Source: an uncultured Elusimicrobia bacterium
Lineage (GTDB): Bacteria; Elusimicrobiota; Endomicrobiia; Endomicrobiales; CAIRNS01
NCBI GenBank assembly: GCA_903880015.1
Contig: CAIRNS010000025.1
Location: 36,621-100,620, forward strand
Length of the DNA: 64,000 nucleotides
Direction: 5' to 3'
Below are positions 9,488-20,000 of this stretch, piece by piece. Made by a program: the position numbers and the translations under genes. The notes beneath the pieces were generated by a model. It saw only the letters and a program-made list of their open reading frames with translations. It was not told where the DNA came from and made no database searches. How positions within the stretch are numbered: the first letter of the stretch is position 1; each line of letters opens with the position of its first letter.

Positions 9488-10243
9488 ATGAAAAGGCTGT
9501 TTATTGCAGCGATACTGAGTGTTTTCGTCGTAAGTTCTTTGTTCGCCGCGGAAGCATTTGTGTGGCGCACAGAGCGGCAGAGTGGGTTTTCACCGCAGGA
9601 AACCCTAAAATTCAATGTGCGCTGGCAATTCATTACGGTTGGTTCGGCATCCATGGAAGTGCGTGGCATTGATGCTATCAACGGGCGCCTGGCATATCAT
9701 ATTTATACTGAAGCAAAAACGGCGGCATTCTTCGATAATTTCTACAAGGTTCGCGATACCAATGAATCATGGATAGATATCCAGAGTTTGTGTTCGCTTC
9801 AATTTGCCAGTCACATTTCCGAAGCCGGACATAGGCGCGATGAAACGCTGATATTTCATCATCCTCGTCAACAATATAGTATCGTTGAATCGAGCAAGTC
9901 GGGGACAACCCCTCTCTGGGTGCAGGATGTCCTTTCAGCGCTCTATTATATCCGGTGCCAAGAACTGGTGGTTGGTAAAGAGTTTTCAGTTGATGCGCAA
10001 TCAGGCGATAAGGCGTGGCCGTTGAAAGTAAAAGTGCTCAAAAAAGAAAAAGTGAAAGTAGATGCGGGAACATTTGATTGTTTTGTGGTTGAACCGGCTG
10101 TGCGGGAAGGGGCGGGGCTATTCCAGGCAAAAGGAAAACTGTGGGTCTGGCTTACCGCTGATGACAGGAAGCTCCCGGTTTTGATGAAATCAAAGATCGC
10201 TGTCGGTTCAATCGCCGCCGAACTGGCGGAGATGAAATACTAA
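9488..10243 (+). CDS. DUF3108-like exported beta-rich protein
   Basis: Signal peptide MKRLFIAAILSVFVVSSLFA; QDVLSALYYIR, V.AGTFDC and WVWLTADDRKLPV motifs. Start moved to ATG 9488. Confidence 0.75.
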   Translation: MKRLFIAAILSVFVVSSLFAAEAFVWRTERQSGFSPQETLKFNVRWQFITVGSASMEVRGIDAINGRLAYHIYTEAKTAAFFDNFYKVRDTNESWIDIQSLCSLQFASHISEAGHRRDETLIFHHPRQQYSIVESSKSGTTPLWVQDVLSALYYIRCQELVVGKEFSVDAQSGDKAWPLKVKVLKKEKVKVDAGTFDCFVVEPAVREGAGLFQAKGKLWVWLTADDRKLPVLMKSKIAVGSIAAELAEMKY

Positions 10244-10290
10244 CGAAATAGTTCATAGAATAATTGAAACTAACAGAGGAGGCGAACATC

Positions 10291-11223
10291 GTGGCAATAA
10301 TTGATTTGTCTAAGATAAAACGAGTTTCTCTCAAAAGTCGGCCCAGCAAGGTTGAAACGGGAGCGTTTGCAAAAAAACTTAAAAAACCAGTTCGTTTTAA
10401 TGATTTTTTTGACGGACTGCCGGATATTCTGGCTGGAAAAAGCATCAAAAATTTGGTAGCATCTATCATCAAAGCCCGCGAAAACGACAAGCCGGTTATC
10501 CTGTCGTTCGGGGCGCATGTCATCAAATGCGGGCTGAGTCCTTTGCTCATTGATTTGGCGCGGCGAGGTATCGTTACTGCTTTCGCTTCTAACGGCGCAT
10601 CAGCGGTGCATGATTTCGAACTTGCCGCGTGCGGCAACACCTCAGAAGATGTTGCCCGCGGTCTTCAGGACGGTTCATTCGGGATGACCCGCGAGACCGG
10701 GGATTTTTTAAATCGTGCGGCAAAAAAAGCCCACGAACTTAATCATGGGCTCGGGATGACTATAGGCCGGGAAATTCAGGCGTTGAAACTCCCGCACGGT
10801 TCGCTCAGCGTGTATGCCAACGCGTATGCGCTCGGCATTCCCTTTACGGTGCATGTGGCTATCGGGACGGATATTATCTATCAGCATCCGGGGTGCGACG
10901 GGGCAGCGTGGGGTGCAGCCAGTTACCGCGATTTTCTTACCTTTGCCGGAACGGTGGCGGAGCTGGGCAACGGTGGCGTACTCATCAATTTTGGCAGTGC
11001 AGTTATTCTGCCTGAAGTATTCCTGAAGGCGTTGACGGTTTGCCGCAATCTCGGGCACAAAGCGTTTAATTTTACGACGGCGAATTTTGATATGATTAAG
11101 CAGTACCGGCCTCATGAAAACATTGTTTCACGGCCGACCATGAAAAACGGGCAGGGATTCGACTTTATCGGCCAGCATGAAATTATGCTGCCGCTCTTGT
11201 ATGCGGCGCTCATCAATCGTTAA
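10291..11223 (+). CDS. Conserved hypothetical protein, deoxyhypusine-synthase-like fold
   Basis: GAHVIKCG, ASNGASAVHDFE, TVHVAIGTDI, GSAVILPEVFLK and IGQHEIMLPLL. GTG start at 10291 after SD GAGGAGG. Confidence 0.65.
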   Translation: MAIIDLSKIKRVSLKSRPSKVETGAFAKKLKKPVRFNDFFDGLPDILAGKSIKNLVASIIKARENDKPVILSFGAHVIKCGLSPLLIDLARRGIVTAFASNGASAVHDFELAACGNTSEDVARGLQDGSFGMTRETGDFLNRAAKKAHELNHGLGMTIGREIQALKLPHGSLSVYANAYALGIPFTVHVAIGTDIIYQHPGCDGAAWGAASYRDFLTFAGTVAELGNGGVLINFGSAVILPEVFLKALTVCRNLGHKAFNFTTANFDMIKQYRPHENIVSRPTMKNGQGFDFIGQHEIMLPLLYAALINR

Positions 11224-11254
11224 CAGTGGTCATTCATAGTATTGCGAGGACACT

Positions 11255-12235
11255 ATGCAAAATCTTATCAATCTGATACCGAAATTCAAACAGCAACGCA
11301 TTCTCGTCATCGGCGATGTGATGGTCGACAAGTTCGTGTGGGGGAAAGTGTCCCGCATTTCACCTGAGGCGCCGGTTCCTGTTGTCGAAGTTACCCGCGA
11401 GACCCAGGCCCTGGGCGGCGCCGGCAATGTGGCCAGTAATCTGTCCTCATTGGGCGCCACCGTCTATATTGTCGGAGTTATCGGCAACGACGCGGTTGGC
11501 GAACAATTAAAGGACGATTTGCGGTCACGCAATATCAATACGGAAAAATTAGTCACCGATCCTTCCCGTCCCACATCGATTAAAACCCGCATTATCGCCC
11601 AACATCAGCAAATGGTGCGCGTCGATAAGGAAGTAAAAGGCAGTTTTTCTCCGTCAATCGTAAAAAATCTGGTCGCTGTCATCGAAGAAACAATCCCGCA
11701 GGTGCAGGCAGTTATTATTTCCGATTATGGCAAAGGGGTGATTGAACCCATCGTCCTTTCCCGCGCGATAGCGGTAGCCCGTAAACACGGGGTGTGTATT
11801 ACCGTCGATCCAAAAATAGAACATTTCCAGCGCTATAAGAAGGTCAGTTGTATTACCCCCAATACGAAGGAAGCCATAGACGGCATGCATTGGCGCGATG
11901 TGTATGAAGACAAAGATATCGCTGAACTCGGCACAAAGATTTTGAAAAAATTAAACTCTGATTCCGTGCTGGTCACCCGCGGTGAAAAGGGGATGACGCT
12001 GCTTGAGCCCAACAAAAAGATTACGCACATCCCGACCCGCGCAAAAGAAGTATTCGATGTGACCGGCGCCGGCGACACGGTGATTGCGACATTGACGCTG
12101 GCTCTGGCGGCCAAGGCCTCGTTTGTTGAAGCGGCGGAAATCGCGAATTTTGCTGCCGGTGTCGTGGTGGCAAAGATTGGGACGGCGACCGTATCGCCGG
12201 AAGAACTCAAAAAAGCCATTAAAAATTTCAAGTAG
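11255..12235 (+). CDS. rfaE1: D-glycero-beta-D-manno-heptose-7-phosphate kinase (stand-alone RfaE domain I)
   Basis: IGDVMVD, VSRISPEAPVPVV, GGAGNVA, SDYGKG, VDPK, TPN and VFDVTGAGDTV; no adenylyltransferase domain. Confidence 0.95.
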   Translation: MQNLINLIPKFKQQRILVIGDVMVDKFVWGKVSRISPEAPVPVVEVTRETQALGGAGNVASNLSSLGATVYIVGVIGNDAVGEQLKDDLRSRNINTEKLVTDPSRPTSIKTRIIAQHQQMVRVDKEVKGSFSPSIVKNLVAVIEETIPQVQAVIISDYGKGVIEPIVLSRAIAVARKHGVCITVDPKIEHFQRYKKVSCITPNTKEAIDGMHWRDVYEDKDIAELGTKILKKLNSDSVLVTRGEKGMTLLEPNKKITHIPTRAKEVFDVTGAGDTVIATLTLALAAKASFVEAAEIANFAAGVVVAKIGTATVSPEELKKAIKNFK

Positions 12236-12262
12236 TTTCGTGTCAAAAATACATTATTGCTT

Positions 12263-13000
12263 ATGAAAATATGCGCTGTCATTCCGGCTCGGTTTGCGTC
12301 CACGCGGTTTCCCGGAAAGCCGCTTGCTCTTATAGCCGGCAAGCCGCTGATTGAGCGGGTGTGGCGCAGGGCGATGCAAGCAAAAAAAATTGATGAAGTT
12401 GTTATAGCGACCGATGATCCGCGGATCGCTTCGGTCGCCGAGGAGTTTGGCGCGCAGGTGGTGATGACCTCCGTCAGATGCAAAACCGGCACCGACCGGC
12501 TGGCTGAAGTGGCGCGCACGATGAAATCCGGCAGTGATGCGTTTATCAATGTTCAGGGCGACGAACCGTTGATTTCGCCGGTGTTGATAGACCGCCTTGC
12601 CGGCGCTCTCAGAAAAAATATTTCTTTACATGCGGTCACTGCCGCGTATCCGCTTGTTCTAGCCGATGACAGTGACAATCCGAATATTGTGAAGGTGGTT
12701 CGTGACAAGAACGGAAATGCGCTTTATTTTTCGCGGTCGCCGGTGCCTTTTAATCGGACAAAAAAACCATGTGTCTATCTTAAACATATCGGGATTTACG
12801 GGTATCGCCGGGAGTTCCTGCTGAAATGTTCCGCCTGGCCCCGCGGAATCCTTGAAAAAATAGAAGAGTTGGAACAGTTGCGTATCCTTGAAAATGGATA
12901 TTCGTTGCATGTCGTTATGTCGCCGAGCGATTCTTTCGGCGTTGATGTCCCCGCTGATATAAAGAAGATTGAGCAGCTTTTGCGGCGTCCGCGGAAATAG
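12263..13000 (+). CDS. kdsB: 3-deoxy-manno-octulosonate cytidylyltransferase
   Basis: IPARFASTRFPGKPL, GTDR, INVQGDEP, ALYFSRSP, HIGIYGYR and LEQLRILENG. Confidence 0.97.
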   Translation: MKICAVIPARFASTRFPGKPLALIAGKPLIERVWRRAMQAKKIDEVVIATDDPRIASVAEEFGAQVVMTSVRCKTGTDRLAEVARTMKSGSDAFINVQGDEPLISPVLIDRLAGALRKNISLHAVTAAYPLVLADDSDNPNIVKVVRDKNGNALYFSRSPVPFNRTKKPCVYLKHIGIYGYRREFLLKCSAWPRGILEKIEELEQLRILENGYSLHVVMSPSDSFGVDVPADIKKIEQLLRRPRK

Positions 13001-13063
13001 GCGTTTTTCAAAGACGAGAAACCCTGCCTGCGTACCTGGCCTAGCTGAACTTGAATGAGGTGA

Positions 13064-14668
<1,605 letters not shown>

Positions 14669-14671
14669 CGT

Positions 14672-15526
14672 ATGGGGCAACGAAAAGTTTCTGCGTCAAC
14701 AAAACAGAAAACGGTTCTTCTGGATGCCCATGGCCTCTCTATTGCCAACACCCGGCCGCTGGTGCTTATTGCCGGGCCGTGCGTCATAGAATCTGAAGCG
14801 CTGACGCTGTCGATTGCCGGTCAGTTGAAAACGCTGGCAGACGACTTGGGTATTCATCTCATATTCAAAGCGTCGTTTGACAAAGCCAACCGTTCGTCAG
14901 GTTCGGCGTTTCGGGGTCCCGGTCTGGCCGCGGGGCTCGCCATTCTCAAAAAGGTAAAAAAGAAATTCAATCTGCCCGTACTGACCGATATTCATGAACC
15001 TTCTCAAGCGGTGCCGGCGGCAGAGGTTGTCGACATTCTCCAGATACCTGCTTTCTTGTGCCGCCAGACGGACCTGCTGATTGCCGCGGCGAAAACCGGG
15101 CTCCCCGTCAATGTAAAAAAAGGACAATTTCTCGCGCCTGAGGATATGGCTCCGGTGACGAAAAAAATAGAATCATGCGGTAATGGAAAGATACTTCTGA
15201 CCGAACGGGGCACATCGTTCGGCTATCACAATCTGGTTGTGGATATGCGGTCCATTGCAATCATGAAGCAAAGCGGCTATCCGGTCATTTTTGACGCTAC
15301 CCATGCGGTGCAGCTGCCGGGAGGGCTAGGCGACGCAACGGGCGGCCAGCGCGAATTTATCCTGCCGCTGGCGACTGCCGCGGTGTCGCTGGGTATAGCC
15401 GGCGTTTTCATTGAAGTTCATCCGAACCCTGCAGCCGCTTTGTCCGACGGGCCCAACAGTATTGCGCTTTCGTCGGTGCGGGCGTTCCTTCAAAAACTCA
15501 TGAGTATTGATGTCGTTGTAAAATAA
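14672..15526 (+). CDS. kdsA: KDO-8-phosphate synthase
   Basis: IAGPCVIES, KASFDKANRSS, QIPAFLCRQTDL, KKGQF and DATH. Confidence 0.98.
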   Translation: MGQRKVSASTKQKTVLLDAHGLSIANTRPLVLIAGPCVIESEALTLSIAGQLKTLADDLGIHLIFKASFDKANRSSGSAFRGPGLAAGLAILKKVKKKFNLPVLTDIHEPSQAVPAAEVVDILQIPAFLCRQTDLLIAAAKTGLPVNVKKGQFLAPEDMAPVTKKIESCGNGKILLTERGTSFGYHNLVVDMRSIAIMKQSGYPVIFDATHAVQLPGGLGDATGGQREFILPLATAAVSLGIAGVFIEVHPNPAAALSDGPNSIALSSVRAFLQKLMSIDVVVK

Positions 15527-15567
15527 GTGCAATATTCTGCGGCGTTCCCCGTATAGGATGGTGAATT

Positions 15568-15822
15568 ATGAAATGCCCGAAATGCGCGTTTGAAAATAAA
15601 GAAACTGCAATAAAGTGTACTACGTGTGGCATTGAACTTCCAACAGTATCCCTGTGGAAGCCCACCTGGCGGTGGCACCTTACGGCGCTGGCCGCCATTT
15701 ACGGTTTTTTGATCGTTCTCTTTTTCGTTTTGAACATTGTGCTCAAACCGTATCTTCGCCAGATACCCAAAGATATCACGCCGTGGCTGAAGGATACCGT
15801 GAAAATTGAAAAAGTCGGATAA
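15568..15822 (+). CDS. Small Zn-ribbon protein with one transmembrane helix
   Basis: CPKC-x10-CTTC followed by hydrophobic ALAAIYGFLIVLFFVLNIVL; SD GGTG; fills the kdsA-kdsC gap. Confidence 0.75.
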   Translation: MKCPKCAFENKETAIKCTTCGIELPTVSLWKPTWRWHLTALAAIYGFLIVLFFVLNIVLKPYLRQIPKDITPWLKDTVKIEKVG

Positions 15823-15838
15823 CACAACGGACTCTATT

Positions 15839-16375
15839 ATGAACATACCCGAGTCACTACGAAAACGCGCACGGAAGATTAAGCTGATTGCCATGGATGT
15901 CGACGGTGTTTTGACGGCCGGCGAGATTATCGTGCTTGACCGCGGCGGCGAGATAAAAATATGGAATGTTAAAGACCGTTTGGGATTTCATCTGGTGCAT
16001 CTCTGCGGAGCTCCGATAGAGATTGCCTGGATTACGGGAAGAAAATCCCGGCAGGTTGCCGAGCAGGCAAAAGAGATGAAAATAGAACACTTGTATCAGG
16101 GCTGTATGAAAAAAGCGCCGGTATTGGCCAGTATTTTGAAAAAAACAAAGCTCCTCCCCGAAGAAGTGGTATATATCGGAGATGACCTTATCGATATCCC
16201 GGTGTTCCGGATGGTGGGATGGTCAGTGTGTCCCAGCGATGCGTGCGATGAAGTCAAGAGCGCAGTTAATTATATTTCGCCGATTGCCGGAGGCAAGGGG
16301 ATAGCGCGGGAAGTCATAGAGATAGTGCTGAAATCCCGGGGGTTCTGGGATACGGCGACCCGCGATTACCGATAA
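15839..16375 (+). CDS. kdsC: KDO-8-phosphate phosphatase
   Basis: MDVDGVLT, ITGRKS, YIGDDLID and GGKG.ARE. ATG 15839 preferred over TTG 15806. Confidence 0.93.
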   Translation: MNIPESLRKRARKIKLIAMDVDGVLTAGEIIVLDRGGEIKIWNVKDRLGFHLVHLCGAPIEIAWITGRKSRQVAEQAKEMKIEHLYQGCMKKAPVLASILKKTKLLPEEVVYIGDDLIDIPVFRMVGWSVCPSDACDEVKSAVNYISPIAGGKGIAREVIEIVLKSRGFWDTATRDYR

Positions 16376-17265
16376 TGCAAGCGTTTCGCAGGCGGTTGTA
16401 TGTGGTTGCCGCGGTTTGTTTCGCGCGGGTGATTCAGTTTTTGCCGTACCGCGTCGCCGTGGCGGCAGGCGGGGCGGCAGGGGCTCTGGCGTACCGCGTC
16501 ATACACAAATCCCGCCTTATAGTTGAACAGCAACTGAAGACGGCATTTCCCGATAAAGACAATGCATCCATTAAACGCATTGCTCGCACCGCTTTCATTA
16601 ACCAAGGCAAAAATGCGTTTGAGCTCTTCTCGTTCCCCGCGCTGACCGCACAAAAAATCCGCCGCATCGTTCATATTGAGAATAGTGCGGCATTCAAACA
16701 GGCGCTTACATCCGGAAAAGGCGTGCTTATTGCGGGTGCGCATTGCGGCAACTGGGAGATGATGGGTGCGGGGCTGGCGGACGCGGGATTCCCGATAAAT
16801 GTTATCGCGCGCCGCATATATCTTGACGGATTAAACAAGCTTCTTGTCGGGTTTAGGGAATCAAAAAAGGTGCATGTAATCCTTCGTTCTGACGGCGGCG
16901 CCGCCAAGCAGATTCTGCGGGGGCTCCGTAATAATGAAGCCATTGCCCTGCTGATAGATCAGGACACGGATGTGCAAGGGGTGTTTGTGGATTTTTTCGG
17001 TCGTCCTGCATGGACGCCGTCGGGGTTGGCGTCATTGGCGCTTAAAACCGGCGCGGCGGTGATTCTTGCGCTTGATGTGCGGGAACCTGATGATACCCAT
17101 CGCGTTGTTATTACCGGACCCATCTCTTTTGAAAAAACCGGTGACGGAGAAAAAGATATAACGGTGGCCACGCAGTTAGTTACCCGGCACATAGAAAGCC
17201 ATATACGGCAATACCCCGAACAATGGGTTTGGATGCATGAGCGATGGAAGACGAAATTGTCATGA
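16375..17265 (+). CDS. lpxL: Lipid A late acyltransferase (LpxL/HtrB family)
   Basis: AHCGNWE, LLIDQD, FFGRPA and YPEQWVWMHERWK. Confidence 0.85.
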   Translation: MQAFRRRLYVVAAVCFARVIQFLPYRVAVAAGGAAGALAYRVIHKSRLIVEQQLKTAFPDKDNASIKRIARTAFINQGKNAFELFSFPALTAQKIRRIVHIENSAAFKQALTSGKGVLIAGAHCGNWEMMGAGLADAGFPINVIARRIYLDGLNKLLVGFRESKKVHVILRSDGGAAKQILRGLRNNEAIALLIDQDTDVQGVFVDFFGRPAWTPSGLASLALKTGAAVILALDVREPDDTHRVVITGPISFEKTGDGEKDITVATQLVTRHIESHIRQYPEQWVWMHERWKTKLS

Positions 17266-17834
17266 ACATAACCAAACAAGATAAAATTCCTCTGCGTTCC
17301 GGTTCTTTTTTGCCCATCATACTCTTGTGCGGATTAGTCATTGCGGGGGGGTGCGCCAAGGAGCCCGCGTCAAAAACATCAATTGAAGTGCCGCCCATAC
17401 CTGAACAGGCAATTGAACAGTTTACCGTTACGGAAACGGAAGCCGGGACGCCTCACTGGGTCCTTAATGCGACATCGGCGCAGATTAACGATATAACCAA
17501 AAAAGCTGTCCTGCAGTTTCCCCAAATAAAGTTTTACGAAAAGGGCGCCTATGTGTCAACCCTGGTCGCCGCCCGCGGGGTGATTAATACTCAGAATTAT
17601 GATATTATGGGAGAAGGCGCGTGCACGCTCGATACCGCCAAGGGCGAGCACCTCGACACGAGTGATTTGCGGTATAAATCGGACACCAAAAGGATTACGA
17701 CCGATGCGCCTGTCAAACTGATAAAAACCGATGAAATTATATACGGCACCGGCATGGAAGCGACGCCTGACCTTGAAACGATTATCATAAAAAAACAGCG
17801 CGTGGAAATGCGGCACCGGGAAGAAAGTAAATAA
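17262..17834 (+). CDS. lptC: LPS export periplasmic protein LptC
   Basis: Hydrophobic N-terminus ending AGGC, beta-jellyroll-like sequence (W.L.A..A; L.T..L.Y; G.GM.A), and position before lptA-lptB. ATG 17262 overlaps the lpxL stop. Confidence 0.85.
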   Translation: MNITKQDKIPLRSGSFLPIILLCGLVIAGGCAKEPASKTSIEVPPIPEQAIEQFTVTETEAGTPHWVLNATSAQINDITKKAVLQFPQIKFYEKGAYVSTLVAARGVINTQNYDIMGEGACTLDTAKGEHLDTSDLRYKSDTKRITTDAPVKLIKTDEIIYGTGMEATPDLETIIIKKQRVEMRHREESK

Positions 17835-17934
17835 TTGGTGCAGTGCAGCACAATTAAGGAATACAATGTCGTTGCGCGATATAAACTATTTTCTTGATAG
17901 GGTTGTTCGTGGTTGATGGCCGAAAGAACAATTC

Positions 17935-18633
17935 ATGAAAAATATATTTGTGTACAGACAATCTTTCTCATTTTTTCTTATTTTTTTTGTTTTTTCCGCG
18001 TCGTTGTTTGCCGCGATTGCCGACAATGAGCCAAAGACCATCATTACGGGCGATCAGATGGAAATCACCAGCAAAGGGCAGATGGTAGTTTTTTCAGGCA
18101 ATGCAAAAGTAGTCCGGGGAAAAAATGTGCTTGTTGCCGACCGTATAGTTCAAGATAAAAAAGTTAATCGGGTTGACGCTTACGGGAATGTTGATTTCAA
18201 GACGCTTACACAGGCAAACGAACCGGTATGGGGAACTGCCCAGCAAGCGTCATACAGCCCGTCCGCGGGAACGGGCGAGTTGTTACATGGGCCTGCGTCA
18301 ATAATCTATTGCGCGGCAACATCAACCGCCCCGCTGAAAATGATTGCGGAAAAAATTACTTTTAATCAGGGCACGGAAGAGATACATGCTTGCGGCAATG
18401 TGGAAATTATTTCGTCCTCTGCCTGCGCATACGGGCCCAATGCGCTCCTTATGCAGAAAACCAAGTCGGTCGTTATGACGAAAGTTGTGGTACAGCCGGA
18501 ACTGGTATACACCGACCCCACGCAGCCCGGCCGCTATAAAGCCGATAAAATTATCGCTTATATAGAAAATAAGCATGTGTTTCTTGAAGGCAATGTCGCC
18601 GGCAAGGTGCGCATGAAGGAAAAAGGAAAATAA
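17935..18633 (+). CDS. lptA: LptA/OstA family LPS transport protein
   Basis: Signal peptide; ITGDQME, FSGNAKV.RG...L.ADRI and repeated A.GNV motifs; lies between lptC and lptB. Confidence 0.8.
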   Translation: MKNIFVYRQSFSFFLIFFVFSASLFAAIADNEPKTIITGDQMEITSKGQMVVFSGNAKVVRGKNVLVADRIVQDKKVNRVDAYGNVDFKTLTQANEPVWGTAQQASYSPSAGTGELLHGPASIIYCAATSTAPLKMIAEKITFNQGTEEIHACGNVEIISSSACAYGPNALLMQKTKSVVMTKVVVQPELVYTDPTQPGRYKADKIIAYIENKHVFLEGNVAGKVRMKEKGK

Positions 18634-18635
18634 CG

Positions 18636-19355
18636 ATGATTCTGTCGAGCAAGAATTTAAGAAAACAATATAAGCACCGCACGGTTGTAGACGGGGTCAG
18701 CATTGCCGTCAAAGAAGGCGAAATAGTGGGACTCCTCGGGCCCAACGGGGCGGGGAAAACAACAACTTTTTATATGACAGTCGGATTAATAAAACCTCTG
18801 GGCGGGCAGGTGATGCTTGATGATACCGATATTACCAACTGGCCGATGTATGAACGCGCGCGGGCCGGCATCGGGTATCTGCCGCAGGAACCGTCCATAT
18901 TCCGGCGGATGACGGTAGAACAGAATTTGATGGCCATTGCCGAGATGCTCCCCCTGACGCCGGAACAGCGCGCTGAAAAAGTTGAACGACTCTTAAAAGA
19001 CCTCGGGCTGATTGCCCGCCGCGACCAGCAGGCGGTGACGCTTTCCGGCGGCGAAAAACGGCGCTGCGAAATTGCCCGGGCGCTGATAACCGATCCGAAG
19101 TTCCTTCTGCTCGACGAGCCATTTGTCGGGATTGACCCTATCACGGTGGCGGACATTCAGGGCATTATTGCACAGCTCAGAGACCGCGGGCTCGGGATAC
19201 TCATCACCGACCACAATGTCCGCGAAACGCTGGACATTATTGACCGGGCGTATATCATCTATGAAGGCAAGATTCTTTTGGAGGGGAACGCGCGGGAACT
19301 TTTGGAAAATACGGAAGCGCGCCGCGTGTATCTGGGCGAGAATTTCCGCATGTAG
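18636..19355 (+). CDS. lptB: LPS export ABC transporter ATPase
   Basis: GLLGPNGAGKTT, GYLPQEPSIF, LSGGEKRR, LLDEPF, ITDHNVRETL and YLGENF. Confidence 0.97.
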   Translation: MILSSKNLRKQYKHRTVVDGVSIAVKEGEIVGLLGPNGAGKTTTFYMTVGLIKPLGGQVMLDDTDITNWPMYERARAGIGYLPQEPSIFRRMTVEQNLMAIAEMLPLTPEQRAEKVERLLKDLGLIARRDQQAVTLSGGEKRRCEIARALITDPKFLLLDEPFVGIDPITVADIQGIIAQLRDRGLGILITDHNVRETLDIIDRAYIIYEGKILLEGNARELLENTEARRVYLGENFRM

Positions 19356-19383
19356 TTTCTGGGATGGATATCCGTTAAGAAAA

Positions 19384-19392
19384 TGCTATACT
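19384..19392 (+). promoter_or_regulatory. Putative extended -10 sigma70 promoter upstream of hpf
   Basis: TG-C-TATACT at 19384-19392; no convincing -35. Confidence 0.5.
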
Positions 19393-19431
19393 CTATTGTC
19401 GCATACACAATAACTCAAAAGGGGTGATTGC

Positions 19432-19989
19432 ATGCAGATTAACATTACGGCCCGTCATTTGAACCTTACTGAGCCGCTCGCTGATTATGTGAGGAAAAAA
19501 GTCGAACGATGTGAACGGTATTTCGATCATGTCGCATGGGCGCAGGCAATTTTGTCGGTTGAAAAGTACCGTCAGGTCGCGGAAATCGTCATCCATGCCG
19601 GAAAAACTATTTTTCGCTCGAAGGAAGAATCTATTGATCTCTATGCCGCGATAGATCTTGCCGTCGATAAAATGGATAAGCAGTTAAAAAAGCACAAAGA
19701 AATATCCAAAGTCCACCGGAAAGAAAAATCACTCAAGTCGAAATCTTCTAAAGCCCTCCTCCAGCAAACAGGCGACATCTTTTCTTACGGTGACTCTGCA
19801 AACATTAAAAATAAAATCAGTGAAGTTAAACGGTTTGATGTTAAACCGGTAACCTTGGGAGAAGCCATCAGCGAGATGGATTTGCTGGGCTACTCTTTTT
19901 ATATGTTTATGAACGCCGATTCAAACCAGCTTAATGTGATGTATCGTAAAGACAACGGTTCACTGGGTTTAATAGAGCCGGAAATTTAA
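19432..19989 (+). CDS. hpf: Ribosome hibernation promoting factor, long form
   Basis: INITARH..LTE.L..YV..K, DLYAAIDLAVDK..KQL.K.KE, and a C-terminal domain EAI.EM.LLG.SFY.F.N....NV.Y.K..G..GLIEP. Confidence 0.95.
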   Translation: MQINITARHLNLTEPLADYVRKKVERCERYFDHVAWAQAILSVEKYRQVAEIVIHAGKTIFRSKEESIDLYAAIDLAVDKMDKQLKKHKEISKVHRKEKSLKSKSSKALLQQTGDIFSYGDSANIKNKISEVKRFDVKPVTLGEAISEMDLLGYSFYMFMNADSNQLNVMYRKDNGSLGLIEPEI

Positions 19990-20000
19990 GGAGAAAGCAG

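Noticed and set aside
12227-12265. Leaderless promoter for kdsB (TTCAAG-17-TACATT, 7 bp before ATG)
   Set aside because: Weak match (3/6 at -35) in AT-rich sequence inside an operon; could be chance.
11833-12549. 238-aa minus-strand ORF, and similar ones at 13340-13912, 26928-27599 and 38678-39280
   Set aside because: Shadow frames of confidently identified + strand genes, with no recognisable domains or start signals.
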